From the NCBI GenBank assembly GCA_020249045.1, contig JADCGK010000003.1, positions 17,077-81,076 of the forward strand: a DNA stretch of 64,000 nucleotides. Reading direction: 5' to 3'. Both the position numbers and the translations under genes were made by a program. How positions within the stretch are numbered: position 1 is the stretch's first letter; each line of letters starts with the position of its first letter. Below, in pieces: positions 8,556 to 17,700 of this stretch. The notes under the pieces were generated by a model. It saw only the letters and a list, made by a program, of their open reading frames with translations. It had not been told where the DNA came from and did no database searches. Origin of the DNA: Azospirillum sp. Its GTDB lineage: Bacteria > Pseudomonadota > Alphaproteobacteria > CACIAM-22H2.

Positions 8556-9564
8556 GATGGATGGCATGTCGCAAACGGGGCAAATCGACGACGCGAAAAG
8601 CACCGCGGAACATGCTTTGGAGCGCACGCCGAAGGCGGCCGACGAAACCAAGCGCTTCGAGTTCGTGCACAAGGTCTTCGCGGTTCCCGGCGCGATCTTC
8701 GAACTCGACGACCACACCAACGAACCGGTCTTGAAGCTCGACCTCGGCGATTTGCGCGCGGCGATGACGTTCGAGACGCTGCGCGCGAATTTCGGCCTGA
8801 CGGCGGGCTCGCCCGACGACCGCGCGCTGACGGACGTCGGCAAGGCGTTGGGATTCGTGCGCTGCGTTCGGCCGGGCGACACGATCCCGGCGGAATTGCT
8901 CGACGGCTCGGCGTCCTGGCGGGTCGAACCGCGCCATCTGGCCACCGCCCAAGGGCGGATCACGGCGGGCCTGCTCGCGTGGCTGGGCGAGGGCACCAAA
9001 GCGGAAAGCGCCGTCGAACTGGCCGCCCTCGCGGCCGACGCGGGCGTCAAAGCCAATGTGCAGACGGCCTTCGGCCGCTTGGCCGTGCGCATGGGCCTGC
9101 CCGATGACCGACGCGGTGAAGTCGTCGATGCGGTCGATCGGCTGGCGAACGAACTGTCCTATATCGAGGCATTGCGCGAGAAGGTCGGCCAGACGCGGCG
9201 CGCGGTCGAATTGTTCAAACGTCTGCGCGCGGCCTACAAACGCGAACGCGGGGCGTCGGAAAGTCTGGAGCGGATCGTCCATCTGCTCGAGCGGCCGGTG
9301 AAACGCTACGAAGCGCGCCTTGCCGAAGTCGACGCGCAGACCGGCGAGATCCAGAACACGATCATCAACCTCGCCCGGCAGATCGCCTTCGTTCGCGAGG
9401 CGCGCGATTGGCTGCATCGGGAGATCATGCGCTGGGACGACGTCCTGGAAACCTGGGCTGGGGAATCGGCCGAACCGTCCCACGCCCAGCAACGCAAGAT
9501 CGGCGCGACCTATCGCTTTGCGGCGCGATATTTTCCGCTCGTCGAAGAATGGGTCCACGGCTGA
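8556..9564 (+). CDS. Hypothetical protein with coiled-coil region
   Basis: ATG at 8556 verified. 336 aa. No recognisable catalytic motifs. Directly upstream of, and co-oriented with, the hybrid histidine kinase. Confidence 0.5.
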
Positions 9565-9604
9565 GTTTGCCGGCCGCGACGGGCCGGTTCATAGTCCTCG
9601 AGTC

Positions 9605-11479
9605 ATGTCCGCCGCCGATTCTCCACCGCCCGTGCCGCCGCCCGGAAACCCGCCGGCCGAAGCCGCGCGCGTGCGCGGCTGGTTCGCGGGCCTTGTGGGA
9701 TGCCTTGCGCTAGCGGCGCTGGCCGGCGTTGCGGCACTCGTCGAGCAACCGGGTGCCGTCGAGGCCGCGATCGCGGCAGTACTCTCGGGATTGGGTTGCG
9801 CCGCGGGCCTTGCGCGCGCGTGGCGTGGCGAAGTCGAGCGGCCTTTGGCGCGGCTGGCGCGCGCGGCCGAGGATTTGGCGGGCATCGCACCCGCCGCCGA
9901 TACGGCGCCCCGCGCGGCGATGGAACGTGCGCTCGCCGCCTTGCGCGAAGCGGGGGCCGCGCGCACGCGCGCGGGCCGCGCGGCCGAAAACGCGCGACGT
10001 GCCAAATCGGCGTTCCTGACGGCGATGAGCCACCGGATCCGCACGCCCATGCACGGCATCCTGGGCTTGGTCGAAACCCATGCGGCGGGCGAGATGTCCG
10101 CCGAACGGCGCGCGACGTTGCGCACGGTGCGCCAGTCGGCCGAGAACCTTCTCGCCGTCGTCGACGATCTGGTCGATTACGCGCGCATCGATTCCGATTC
10201 GATCGCCGTCGACCGCCGGGCGACCGACGCGGGCGATCTTCTGGAGCAGGCGGCGGTCAATCTGGCGGGGCTCGCCGAAGCCAAGGGACTGGCGTTGTCG
10301 TGCTTCGTCGATCCCGAAATCGTCGAACGCTTCAAAATCGATCCGTTGCGCGTGCGCCAAGTGCTGTTCAACCTGATCGGCAACGCGATCGGCCGTACGC
10401 AAGCGGGCTTCGTGCATGCGCGCTTGTCGCTGGCGGGCGGACAGTTGATCTTCGCGATCGAGGACAGCGGCGCGGCGCTGGCGCCGGATACGATCGCGCG
10501 TTTGCTCGATCCTTCGGGCGAGCCGGGCGACGGCCTCGCCGCGTTCCGCGCCGGCGCGACGGGGTTGGGCCTGCCAGTGTGCCGGGCGTTGGCCGAACGC
10601 ATGGGCGGACGCATCCGCGTGCAGTCGCGCGAGTCCGGCGGCGCGGTTTTCGCGCTCGAGCTTCCGGCCGAACCGGCCGGCGGCGGCTTGCAGCCTTTGC
10701 CGGCCGCGGACGTGCTGGAAGGCCGGCGCGTGCGGATCGCGGGTGCGGCGGATCCCGCGCATGCGGCGGTGGCGGCCTATCTGATCGCGGCGGGCGCCGC
10801 GATCGTCGGGCCGCGCGACCCCGCCGATCTCGCCATCGCCCTGCCCGGCGCCGGAGATTTCGGTCCGCCCGGTCCCAAGCGACTGCGGTTGACGACGCTG
10901 CCCCCCGTGGGTCCGCCCGAGGAGGCCGATGCGGGCGCCACGCTGTTGCGCCGTTCGGCGATCGTCGCGGCGGCGGCGCGCGCGCTCGATCTCGCCGACG
11001 AAGGGATCGAGGAATCCGACCCCGCGACCTTGCCGCCGTGCGAACCGCCCGCGCGCGACGCCGCGCGCGCGCAAGGCGCGCTCATCCTCGCCGTCGACGA
11101 CCATCCGGTGAACCGCGAGGTCGTGGCCCTGCAACTCGCGCGGTTGGGTTACCTCGCGGACACCGCGGCGAGCGGCGCCCAAGCCTGGACCATGTGGCGC
11201 GCGGAACGCTACGGCCTGATCGTCACCGATCTGCACATGCCCGATTTCGACGGCTTCGAACTCGCCCGGCGCATCCGCGCGGCCGAAATCCAGGAGGACC
11301 GCCCGCGCGTGCCGATCGTCGCGCTGACGGCCGCCACGGGGGCGGAGAACCTCGCGGCCTGCTACGAGGCCGGGATGGACGGCGTATTGGCCAAGCCGCT
11401 GCCGTTCCGGGGGTTGGCCGAAGCCATCCGCCGCTATCTTCCCGCCCGCGCGGACGTCAAAACCAGCCGCGACGCTTGA
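9605..11479 (+). CDS. Membrane-anchored hybrid sensor histidine kinase/response regulator
   Basis: ATG at 9605 verified. Two N-terminal TM segments. H-box SHRIRTPMHGILG. HATPase N/G boxes. A roughly 130-aa Ala/Pro-rich linker. C-terminal REC (ILAVDDHPVNREV...DLHMPDFDGFEL...LAKPL). Confidence 0.8.
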   Translation: MSAADSPPPVPPPGNPPAEAARVRGWFAGLVGCLALAALAGVAALVEQPGAVEAAIAAVLSGLGCAAGLARAWRGEVERPLARLARAAEDLAGIAPAADTAPRAAMERALAALREAGAARTRAGRAAENARRAKSAFLTAMSHRIRTPMHGILGLVETHAAGEMSAERRATLRTVRQSAENLLAVVDDLVDYARIDSDSIAVDRRATDAGDLLEQAAVNLAGLAEAKGLALSCFVDPEIVERFKIDPLRVRQVLFNLIGNAIGRTQAGFVHARLSLAGGQLIFAIEDSGAALAPDTIARLLDPSGEPGDGLAAFRAGATGLGLPVCRALAERMGGRIRVQSRESGGAVFALELPAEPAGGGLQPLPAADVLEGRRVRIAGAADPAHAAVAAYLIAAGAAIVGPRDPADLAIALPGAGDFGPPGPKRLRLTTLPPVGPPEEADAGATLLRRSAIVAAAARALDLADEGIEESDPATLPPCEPPARDAARAQGALILAVDDHPVNREVVALQLARLGYLADTAASGAQAWTMWRAERYGLIVTDLHMPDFDGFELARRIRAAEIQEDRPRVPIVALTAATGAENLAACYEAGMDGVLAKPLPFRGLAEAIRRYLPARADVKTSRDA

Positions 11480-12446
11480 AATAGAGATAGGGCAGCACCG
11501 CCGACGCGGCCATGGCGACGAGCGCCATCGGATAGCCCCACGCCCAGCCGAGTTCGGGCATGTTCGCGAAGTTCATGCCGTAGATCGTACCGAGCAGCGT
11601 CGGCGGCATCAGCACCACCGAGACGACCGAGAAGAGTTTGATGATCCGGTTTTGCTCGATGTTGATCTGGCCGAGCGTCGCGTCGAGCAGGAAGTTGACC
11701 TTGCGCGCGTCGTAATCGGCGTGCTCCATCAACGAGGCGACGTCGCGCGCGATCGACTTGATGCGCGCCTTGATCTCCTTGGTGTGCTTGCGCCCGTCGC
11801 CGTCCAGAACGCTCGCAAGGAAACTCGCCAAACGCTGCAAGCCGAGCATGCTTTCCCGCGCGGTCGAACATAGATCGTCGAGCCGCCCCAGATCGCGCAG
11901 GACCTGCTGCAGGTCGCGCTCCTGCTCGGTTTGCCGCGCGCCCGCGCCGGGCGTCACGAAGATGGCGCGGCTGGTCGCGTCGAGATCGAGGCCGATCCGC
12001 TCCAGAATGTCGGCGAGGCGATCGACGAAGGCTTCGATGAGACCCAACAACGCCTCCTCGCCGGTCGATCCGGCGGTTTGGCGCTGGATCCGCTGCGCGA
12101 AGGCGCGCACCGGCCGCGGGTCGTTGTGGCGCACCGTGACCAGCGCGCGATTGGCGAGGACGAAGGTGAACGCGTCGGCCGCGGGCACGGGTTCGTCCGC
12201 GCGCGCGAGCACCGTCACGGTCATGTAGATCGCCCCGTTTTCGACGTAGTACCGCGCGGACGGTTCGATCGCGCGCATCTCCTCGTGCGTGGGCAGCGCA
12301 AGGCCGTAAGCCGCGTCGACCTTCGCGCGCTCGTCGTCCGTCGGCGCGAATAGATCGATCCACAACGCGCCCGCGGGCAACGCATCGGCCGCAGCGATTT
12401 CCCGCCGCTCCAAACCCGCCGCCGTCGGTACGAACGCCACGATCAT
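11457..12446 (-). CDS. corA: Magnesium/cobalt transporter CorA
   Basis: Start MIVAFVPT verified (cat at 12444-12446). C-terminal YGMNF motif and two TM helices. 329 aa. Confidence 0.85.
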   Translation of the reverse strand: MIVAFVPTAAGLERREIAAADALPAGALWIDLFAPTDDERAKVDAAYGLALPTHEEMRAIEPSARYYVENGAIYMTVTVLARADEPVPAADAFTFVLANRALVTVRHNDPRPVRAFAQRIQRQTAGSTGEEALLGLIEAFVDRLADILERIGLDLDATSRAIFVTPGAGARQTEQERDLQQVLRDLGRLDDLCSTARESMLGLQRLASFLASVLDGDGRKHTKEIKARIKSIARDVASLMEHADYDARKVNFLLDATLGQINIEQNRIIKLFSVVSVVLMPPTLLGTIYGMNFANMPELGWAWGYPMALVAMAASAVLPYLYFKRRGWF

Positions 12447-12586
12447 GCCCTGGCCGTGCCACAAGCCCGGCACCCGCGCAACAGCAACCGGGCATCGCTG
12501 TAACCGAGTTACCCACAATCGCTTGTGGGGAGGGCCTTGACGGGCCCCTGCCCGTTGCTTCACTATATGTTGTATAAGCTGTGGAG

Positions 12587-12595
12587 TTATCCACA
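12587..12595. promoter_or_regulatory. Perfect DnaA box TTATCCACA in the gcrA promoter region, embedded in a TGTGGA-N4-TCCACA palindrome (12580-12595)
   Basis: Read directly from the sequence: gctgtggagTTATCCACAaaccc, about 50 nt upstream of the gcrA ATG. Confidence 0.45.
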
Positions 12596-12644
12596 AACCC
12601 TAGCCAACCGGGTAAAACCCGCCTGAAATCAAGGGGATGGCGTG

Positions 12645-13118
12645 ATGGATTGGACACCGGAGCAGATCTCGGAGCTGACCCGCCTGTGGGGTGAGGGTTT
12701 GACGACCGCCGAGATCGGCAAGCGCTTGGGAATCTCGAAAAACGCCGTCGTGGGTAAGGCCCATCGCCTGCACTTGCCCGCGCGTCCGTCGCCGATCAAG
12801 CGCACCGGCCCGCGTCCGCAAGTTTTCCGGCAGACCGCGACGGTGCGCACCGCCCCACCCCGCCTAGCCGCGCCGCGGCCGGCGCCCGCCGTACAGCCGA
12901 CCTCGGCACAGGCGCTGCGGGCGCTGGCCAATCAGCCTTCGGCCAAGCGTCTGCCGATGATGGCGCTGAACTCGTCGACCTGCCGTTGGCCGATCGGCGA
13001 TCCCGGCGATGCCGAGTTCCATTTCTGCGGCGAGCGCGCGATCGACGGCAAGCCCTATTGCTCGGCGCACGCGTCGATCGCCTACGTCAAGGTGAAGCCG
13101 AGGACCGAGGCCGCCTGA
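12645..13118 (+). CDS. gcrA: Cell-cycle transcriptional regulator GcrA
   Basis: MDWTPEQISELTRLWGEGLTTAEIGKRLGISKNAVVGKAHRL ... CRWPIGDP...FCG...YCSAH is a hallmark GcrA N- and C-terminal signature. ATG at 12645 with AAGGGGA 8 nt upstream; the track ORF begins at the GTG at 12642. Confidence 0.85.
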   Translation: MDWTPEQISELTRLWGEGLTTAEIGKRLGISKNAVVGKAHRLHLPARPSPIKRTGPRPQVFRQTATVRTAPPRLAAPRPAPAVQPTSAQALRALANQPSAKRLPMMALNSSTCRWPIGDPGDAEFHFCGERAIDGKPYCSAHASIAYVKVKPRTEAA

Positions 13119-13154
13119 CGGCTTGAATTCCGCCGCTTTGTTGGGTTGACTGGG

Positions 13155-13191
13155 ACGGGGTGCGCTTTTCGGGCGTGCCCCGTTCGCTTTC
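13155..13191 (+). terminator. Putative rho-independent terminator after gcrA
   Basis: An 11-bp stem (ACGGGGTGCGC / GCGTGCCCCGT, two G-U pairs) with loop TTTTCGG, followed by TCGCTTTC. Confidence 0.4.
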
Positions 13192-13205
13192 GGGAGTTCG
13201 ACGCG

Positions 13206-14696
13206 ATGACAGATCCGGGCCTGCTGATCGCCAAAGGCGGCGAACCGCACCGTCTGCTGCTGAAATTCGCCAACCGTCACGGCTTGATCGCCGGCGCCAC
13301 GGGCACGGGCAAAACCGTGACGCTGCGCGCGATGGCCGAGGCGTTGTCGCTGGAAGGCGTGCCGGTCTTCGTCGCCGACGTGAAGGGCGATCTGTCGGGC
13401 CTCGCCAAACCGGGCGCCGAGAACGCGAAGTTCCGCACGCGCGCCGACGAACTGGGCATGCCCGATTACGATTTCGCCGCGTGCCCGACCGTGTTCTGGG
13501 ACGTCTTCGGCGAGAACGGCCATCCGCTTCGCGCGACGATTTCCGAGATGGGCCCGCTGCTGCTCGCGCGGTTGCTCGAACTCAACGAAACCCAAGCGGG
13601 GGTTCTGCAACTCGTCTTCAAGGTGGCCGACGACGAAGGCCTGCTGCTGATCGACCTCAAGGATCTGCGTGCGATGCTGACGCACGTCGCCGAGAACGCG
13701 GCCGAGTATCGCGAGCGCTACGGCAACGTTTCCTCGGCGTCGGTGGGCGCCATCCAGCGCGGCCTTCTGGCGCTCGAAGCGCAAGGCGGCGACAAATTCT
13801 TCGGCGAGCCCGAACTCGACATCGCGCATCTGCTGGGCGTGGGCGAGGACGGGCGCGGGATCGTGTCGGTGCTGGCGGCGGAGATTCTGTTCCAGCGGCC
13901 GAAGCTCTACGCGACGTTTTTGCTGTGGCTGCTGTCGGAATTGTTCGAGCATCTGCCGGAAGCCGGCGACGTCGCCAAGCCCAAACTCGTCTTCTTCTTC
14001 GACGAGGCGCATCTGCTGTTTGCCGACGCGCCTAAAGCGTTGGTCGAGAAGGTGGAGCAAGTCGTCCGCCTGATCCGCTCGAAGGGCGTGGGCGTCTATT
14101 TCGTCACCCAAAATCCGCTCGATGTGCCCGAAACCGTGCTGGGCCAGCTCGGCAACCGCGTGCAACACGCGTTGCGCGCCTTCACCCCGCGCGATCAGAA
14201 GGCCGTCAAAGCCGCCGCGCAAACCTTCCGCGCGCGCCCGGGCGTCGACACCCAAACGGCGATCCTCGAATTGGGCGTCGGCGAGGCGTTGGTGTCCTTC
14301 CTGGATGAGAAGGGCGTGCCCGTGCCGGTCGAACGCGCGCGCGTGGTCCCGCCGCGCACGCGGTTGGGGCCGCTCGACGCTTCCGAACGCCTGGGTGCGA
14401 TCAACAATTCGCCGCTTTACGGCGTGTACGAGGAAGCCGTCGAGCGCGAAAGCGCCTACGAAAGACTGAAGGGCGGGGCTGCGGGCAACCCGGCGGCGGC
14501 GGGCGGCATCGCGGGAACGCTCGGCACGATCTTCGGCGGCGGCACCGTCGGCCGGCCGGGCGCGCGCGGCCGCGCGCAGCCCAAATCCTTCGGCGAGCAG
14601 ATCGCCGCGTCGGTCGCCCGGTCGGTCGCCTCGTCGGTCGGTCGGCAGATCGGCGCGCGCATCGTGCGCGGCGTTTTGGGTTCGATCCTCAAATGA
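13206..14696 (+). CDS. DUF853-family (YjgR/HerA-like) P-loop NTPase
   Basis: ATG at 13206 verified. Walker A GATGTGKT, Walker [10 protein letters not shown]. 496 aa. Gly-rich disordered C-terminus. Confidence 0.8.
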   Translation: MTDPGLLIAKGGEPHRLLLKFANRHGLIAGATGTGKTVTLRAMAEALSLEGVPVFVADVKGDLSGLAKPGAENAKFRTRADELGMPDYDFAACPTVFWDVFGENGHPLRATISEMGPLLLARLLELNETQAGVLQLVFKVADDEGLLLIDLKDLRAMLTHVAENAAEYRERYGNVSSASVGAIQRGLLALEAQGGDKFFGEPELDIAHLLGVGEDGRGIVSVLAAEILFQRPKLYATFLLWLLSELFEHLPEAGDVAKPKLVFFFDEAHLLFADAPKALVEKVEQVVRLIRSKGVGVYFVTQNPLDVPETVLGQLGNRVQHALRAFTPRDQKAVKAAAQTFRARPGVDTQTAILELGVGEALVSFLDEKGVPVPVERARVVPPRTRLGPLDASERLGAINNSPLYGVYEEAVERESAYERLKGGAAGNPAAAGGIAGTLGTIFGGGTVGRPGARGRAQPKSFGEQIAASVARSVASSVGRQIGARIVRGVLGSILK

Positions 14697-15223
14697 AACG
14701 TCTGGCGATCGCGGCCGCACTGATCGTCGCCGCCCCCCTTGCCGCGCAAACGCCCGCGCGGTTGACGCCCGGCGAAACGACGGTGGCTTGCGTGGGCCAA
14801 GCGGGCGATCCGGCATGCGCGACCGCGACCTTCTTCGCCTGCGCGTTGCGCCGCACGCCGGAAACCTGCGCGGCCGTCGGGCTGGCCGAACCGCCGCGTC
14901 TGGCCGACGAGCAAAGCGCGATCGAATGGGTGATCGAGCGCGCCTCGACGATCCGCGAGCGGGACGTGACGGACGACCTCAAACACCTGCCCTGGTTCCG
15001 CGCGGGCAACACGTTGATCGAAGCCCAAGTGCGCAAATGCGCCGCCAGCCTGCCCGATTGCGCCGCGGAAACCTGGGACGATTGGCAGATCTATCTCGCA
15101 CCGGAAGGCGGCCAGTTCCGCGTGGTCGGCTGGCGCGGGGACAGCGAGCCCGACGGCCCTCCGGAAATTCCCGAGGCATTCCGCCCGCAAGGGCCCGCCG
15201 AAGCTCCGGTTCCTGCCGAATAA
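14693..15223 (+). CDS. Secreted cysteine-rich hypothetical protein
   Basis: ATGA overlap with the DUF853 stop. Signal peptide [19 protein letters not shown]. Seven Cys in the mature part. Confidence 0.5.
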   Translation: MKRLAIAAALIVAAPLAAQTPARLTPGETTVACVGQAGDPACATATFFACALRRTPETCAAVGLAEPPRLADEQSAIEWVIERASTIRERDVTDDLKHLPWFRAGNTLIEAQVRKCAASLPDCAAETWDDWQIYLAPEGGQFRVVGWRGDSEPDGPPEIPEAFRPQGPAEAPVPAE

Positions 15224-15328
15224 ATATCTGAAAACAATATGGAATTCGCCGGTTGTTGCGCCGGCGCAACAGGGGATGAGAAGCGACGTGACCCACCCGA
15301 ATAAGACTGCGACGCCCGCGTTGTTGGG

Positions 15329-15874
15329 ATGTCCGTCGTGAACGACGACACGCTGCGCCAAGTGCGCGAGGAAATGGTGGCGTTGCTGCCGCGCTTGCGG
15401 CGCTTCGCGCGCGGTCTGACCGGCGTGGCCGATCAGGCGGACGATTTGGTGCAGGCGGCGTGCGAACGCGCGCTGACCCGCATCGACCAGTGGCAACCGG
15501 GCACGCGCCTGGACAGCTGGATGTTCCGCATCGTCCAGACGATCTGGCTGGACGAGCGGCGCGCCGTCAAGGTTCGCACCGGCGAAGGCCGGATCGACGC
15601 CGAGATGGCCGAAGACGAACTCGCCTTCGACGGCGGGCGCGGTCTCGAGGCGCACATGACCTACGAGGCCGTGCGCGCGGCGATGGCGGAATTGCCGGCG
15701 GAACAGCGCGCCGTTCTGGTTCTCGTTTGCGTGGAGGGCCAGAGCTACAAGGAAGCGGCGGCGGCGCTGGACATTCCGATCGGCACGGTGATGAGCCGGC
15801 TGGCGCGCGCGCGCGCGGGCCTTGTGCGGCGGTTGGGCGAAAGCGGGTCGAGCCTCGCCTCGCCGGCCGAATAG
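15329..15874 (+). CDS. ECF-subfamily RNA polymerase sigma-70 factor
   Basis: ATG at 15329 verified. Region 2 (DLVQAACERAL...WMFRIVQTIWLDERR) and region 4 (LPAEQRAVLVLVCVEGQSYKEAAAALDIPIGTVMSRLARAR) motifs. Confidence 0.85.
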   Translation: MSVVNDDTLRQVREEMVALLPRLRRFARGLTGVADQADDLVQAACERALTRIDQWQPGTRLDSWMFRIVQTIWLDERRAVKVRTGEGRIDAEMAEDELAFDGGRGLEAHMTYEAVRAAMAELPAEQRAVLVLVCVEGQSYKEAAAALDIPIGTVMSRLARARAGLVRRLGESGSSLASPAE

Positions 15875-15892
15875 TAAGGAACGGTGCGGATC

Positions 15893-16942
15893 ATGGATCG
15901 CCAATGGGACATCGAACTGGCCATGCGCTACGCCGACGGCGCCGCCGACGCGGCTGAAGCCGCGCGCGTCGAAGCCGAGATGACGCGCGATCCGGACCTC
16001 GCCGCTTGCGTGGAGGCGATGCGCCAGAGTGCGGCGCTCGCGCGCGGCGCGCTCAACGGCGTGCTGCACGAGGAGGTACCCCGGCGCCTGATCGACGCGA
16101 TCCGCGCGGCACCCGCCCCGGCGCCCGCGATCGACGACGAAACGTTGATGGCGTGGTGCGACGGCGAGTTGGCGCCCGCCGCCGCCGCGCGCGTGGGCCA
16201 AGCGGTGGCGCGCGATGCCAAACTCGCCGCGCGCGCAACCGCGTTCCGCCGCACGGCCGAACTCGCGCGCGGCGCGCTCGCCCCGGTCCTCGCCGAGCCG
16301 ATCCCGCAGCGGTTGATCGACGCCGTCCGCGCCGAGCCCGCCAAATCGGCCGAAATCGTGACGCTGCGTCCGCGCGCGGTCCCGCGCCGGACGCTCGCTT
16401 GGGCGCTCGCCGCGTCGGTCGCGTTCGTCGCGGTGTTGGGTGCGGGCGGCGTATTCACGGGCCGCATCGCGGCCCCCGAAGGTCTGCACTTCGCCTCGAC
16501 CTCGGACCGCTGGCTCGACAACGTCGCGGGTTTCTACGAGCTTTACTCAAGCACCCAGGCGCGCGAAGGCCGCCTGCTGGTGGATTTCGGCCCCGAGGAT
16601 GTGCCCCAACTCGCCGAATGGTTCGGCGCCCGCCTGAACCGCACGCTGGCCGTGCCCGATCTCACCGCGCACGGCTTCGCCCTGCAGGGCGGGCGCATGG
16701 TGGTGATCGGCGGGCGCCCGGCGGCACAACTGCTCTACGCCAACGGCGCCGGCGAACTGGTCGGACTCGCCATCGCCTTTTCGACCGCGGGCGAACGCGC
16801 GGCGCGCGCCGCCCGGCGCGGCGAGGTCGACATCGTCCACTGGCACCGCAACGGCTACGGCTACGCGTTCGCCGGGCGGATCGGCGCGGAGCGCTTGCGC
16901 ACCCTCGCCGACCGCGCGTGGTCCGATCTCGAATCGATTTGA
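15893..16942 (+). CDS. Transmembrane anti-sigma factor (cognate to the upstream ECF sigma)
   Basis: Immediately downstream of the sigma gene. ATG at 15893; the track ORF begins at the GTG at 15884. One TM helix (LAWALAASVAFVAVLGAGGVF). N-terminal region contains an internal duplication (LARGAL...RLIDAxRAxP twice). Confidence 0.6.
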   Translation: MDRQWDIELAMRYADGAADAAEAARVEAEMTRDPDLAACVEAMRQSAALARGALNGVLHEEVPRRLIDAIRAAPAPAPAIDDETLMAWCDGELAPAAAARVGQAVARDAKLAARATAFRRTAELARGALAPVLAEPIPQRLIDAVRAEPAKSAEIVTLRPRAVPRRTLAWALAASVAFVAVLGAGGVFTGRIAAPEGLHFASTSDRWLDNVAGFYELYSSTQAREGRLLVDFGPEDVPQLAEWFGARLNRTLAVPDLTAHGFALQGGRMVVIGGRPAAQLLYANGAGELVGLAIAFSTAGERAARAARRGEVDIVHWHRNGYGYAFAGRIGAERLRTLADRAWSDLESI

Positions 16943-16957
16943 GGGCGGCGGCCCGGC

Positions 16958-17500
16958 TCAGCCGTTCTTCGGCGGCCGGCCGCGGCGCGGGCGCGCGTGC
17001 AGCGGGCTCGCATCGTCCGTGCGCGCGAGCGCGCGCATCGTGCCGACCATCTGCTGGCGCAAGCGCCGATCGGTGATGTCGTAATAGGCGCGCACGAGTT
17101 CGATCGTCTCGCGTTTGGCCATCGGATCGAGGTCGTAGATCGGCGCGGGACCCTCGGCCACGCCCTGCATGTGCTTGCGGCCGTAGCTCGACACGTCCGC
17201 CGGCATTTCCTCGAAGAAATAGCCGATCGGCACGTCGAGCACGCGCGCGCACTCGAAGATGCGCGAGGCGGACAACCGGTTGGTGCCGCGCTCGTTCTTC
17301 TGCAACTGCTGGAACGTGACGCCGATGAGGCGTCCCAACTCCTGCTGGCTCATGCCCAGCAGCGTGCGCCGTTCGCGCAACCGCTTGCCGACGTGCACGT
17401 CGATCGGGTTCGGACCCGGCGAGGCGCGGCCGCGCCGGCCGCGGAAACGCAAGGGGCGCTCGGCGGCGCGCGAACTCGTTTGCTTGGTGGCACGGGCCAT
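16958..17500 (-). CDS. XRE-family helix-turn-helix transcriptional regulator
   Basis: Start MARATKQ verified (cat at 17498-17500) with a GAGGAG RBS. HTH motif LLGMSQQELGRLIGVTFQQLQKNERG. 180 aa. Confidence 0.75.
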   Translation of the reverse strand: MARATKQTSSRAAERPLRFRGRRGRASPGPNPIDVHVGKRLRERRTLLGMSQQELGRLIGVTFQQLQKNERGTNRLSASRIFECARVLDVPIGYFFEEMPADVSSYGRKHMQGVAEGPAPIYDLDPMAKRETIELVRAYYDITDRRLRQQMVGTMRALARTDDASPLHARPRRGRPPKNG

Positions 17501-17551
17501 ATTCGATTTCTCCTCGAAATTCGCAGTCAATTTCCCGGACGGCTACATTGT

Positions 17552-17583
17552 ATCGATTGAGCGTTTTGCATTTGCGAATCGAT
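17552..17583. promoter_or_regulatory. Inverted repeat ATCGATT-N18-AATCGAT in the AT-richer divergent XRE/cckA-like intergenic region (includes GANTC site GAATC at 17576-17580)
   Basis: Read directly: tATCGATTgagcgttttgcatttgcgAATCGATg. Local GC is well below the window average. Confidence 0.3.
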
Positions 17584-17700
17584 GCATTCGGGACACACCA
17601 ATGTAGTACTCCGCGCTTCGTCGTTTCAACGGCGAATTCCCACAACCATGCGCGAAGCCCCCTCCCTTCCCCGTCCGCGCCGCGCTAAACTGAGTCCGAA

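Noticed and set aside
13206-14696. HerA-like DUF853 ATPase and the Sir2 protein (48011-48715) as a Sir2-HerA type defence system
   Set aside because: The two genes are 33 kb apart. The Sir2 is a canonical CobB with zinc ribbon, coupled to zapE. DUF853 is the YjgR housekeeping type adjacent to gcrA. No nuclease or effector partner.
12447-17700. CtrA boxes (TTAA-N7-TTAAC) upstream of gcrA, the ECF sigma and the cckA-like gene
   Set aside because: I scanned these intergenic regions by eye and found no match to the full bipartite motif, only isolated TTAA half-sites.
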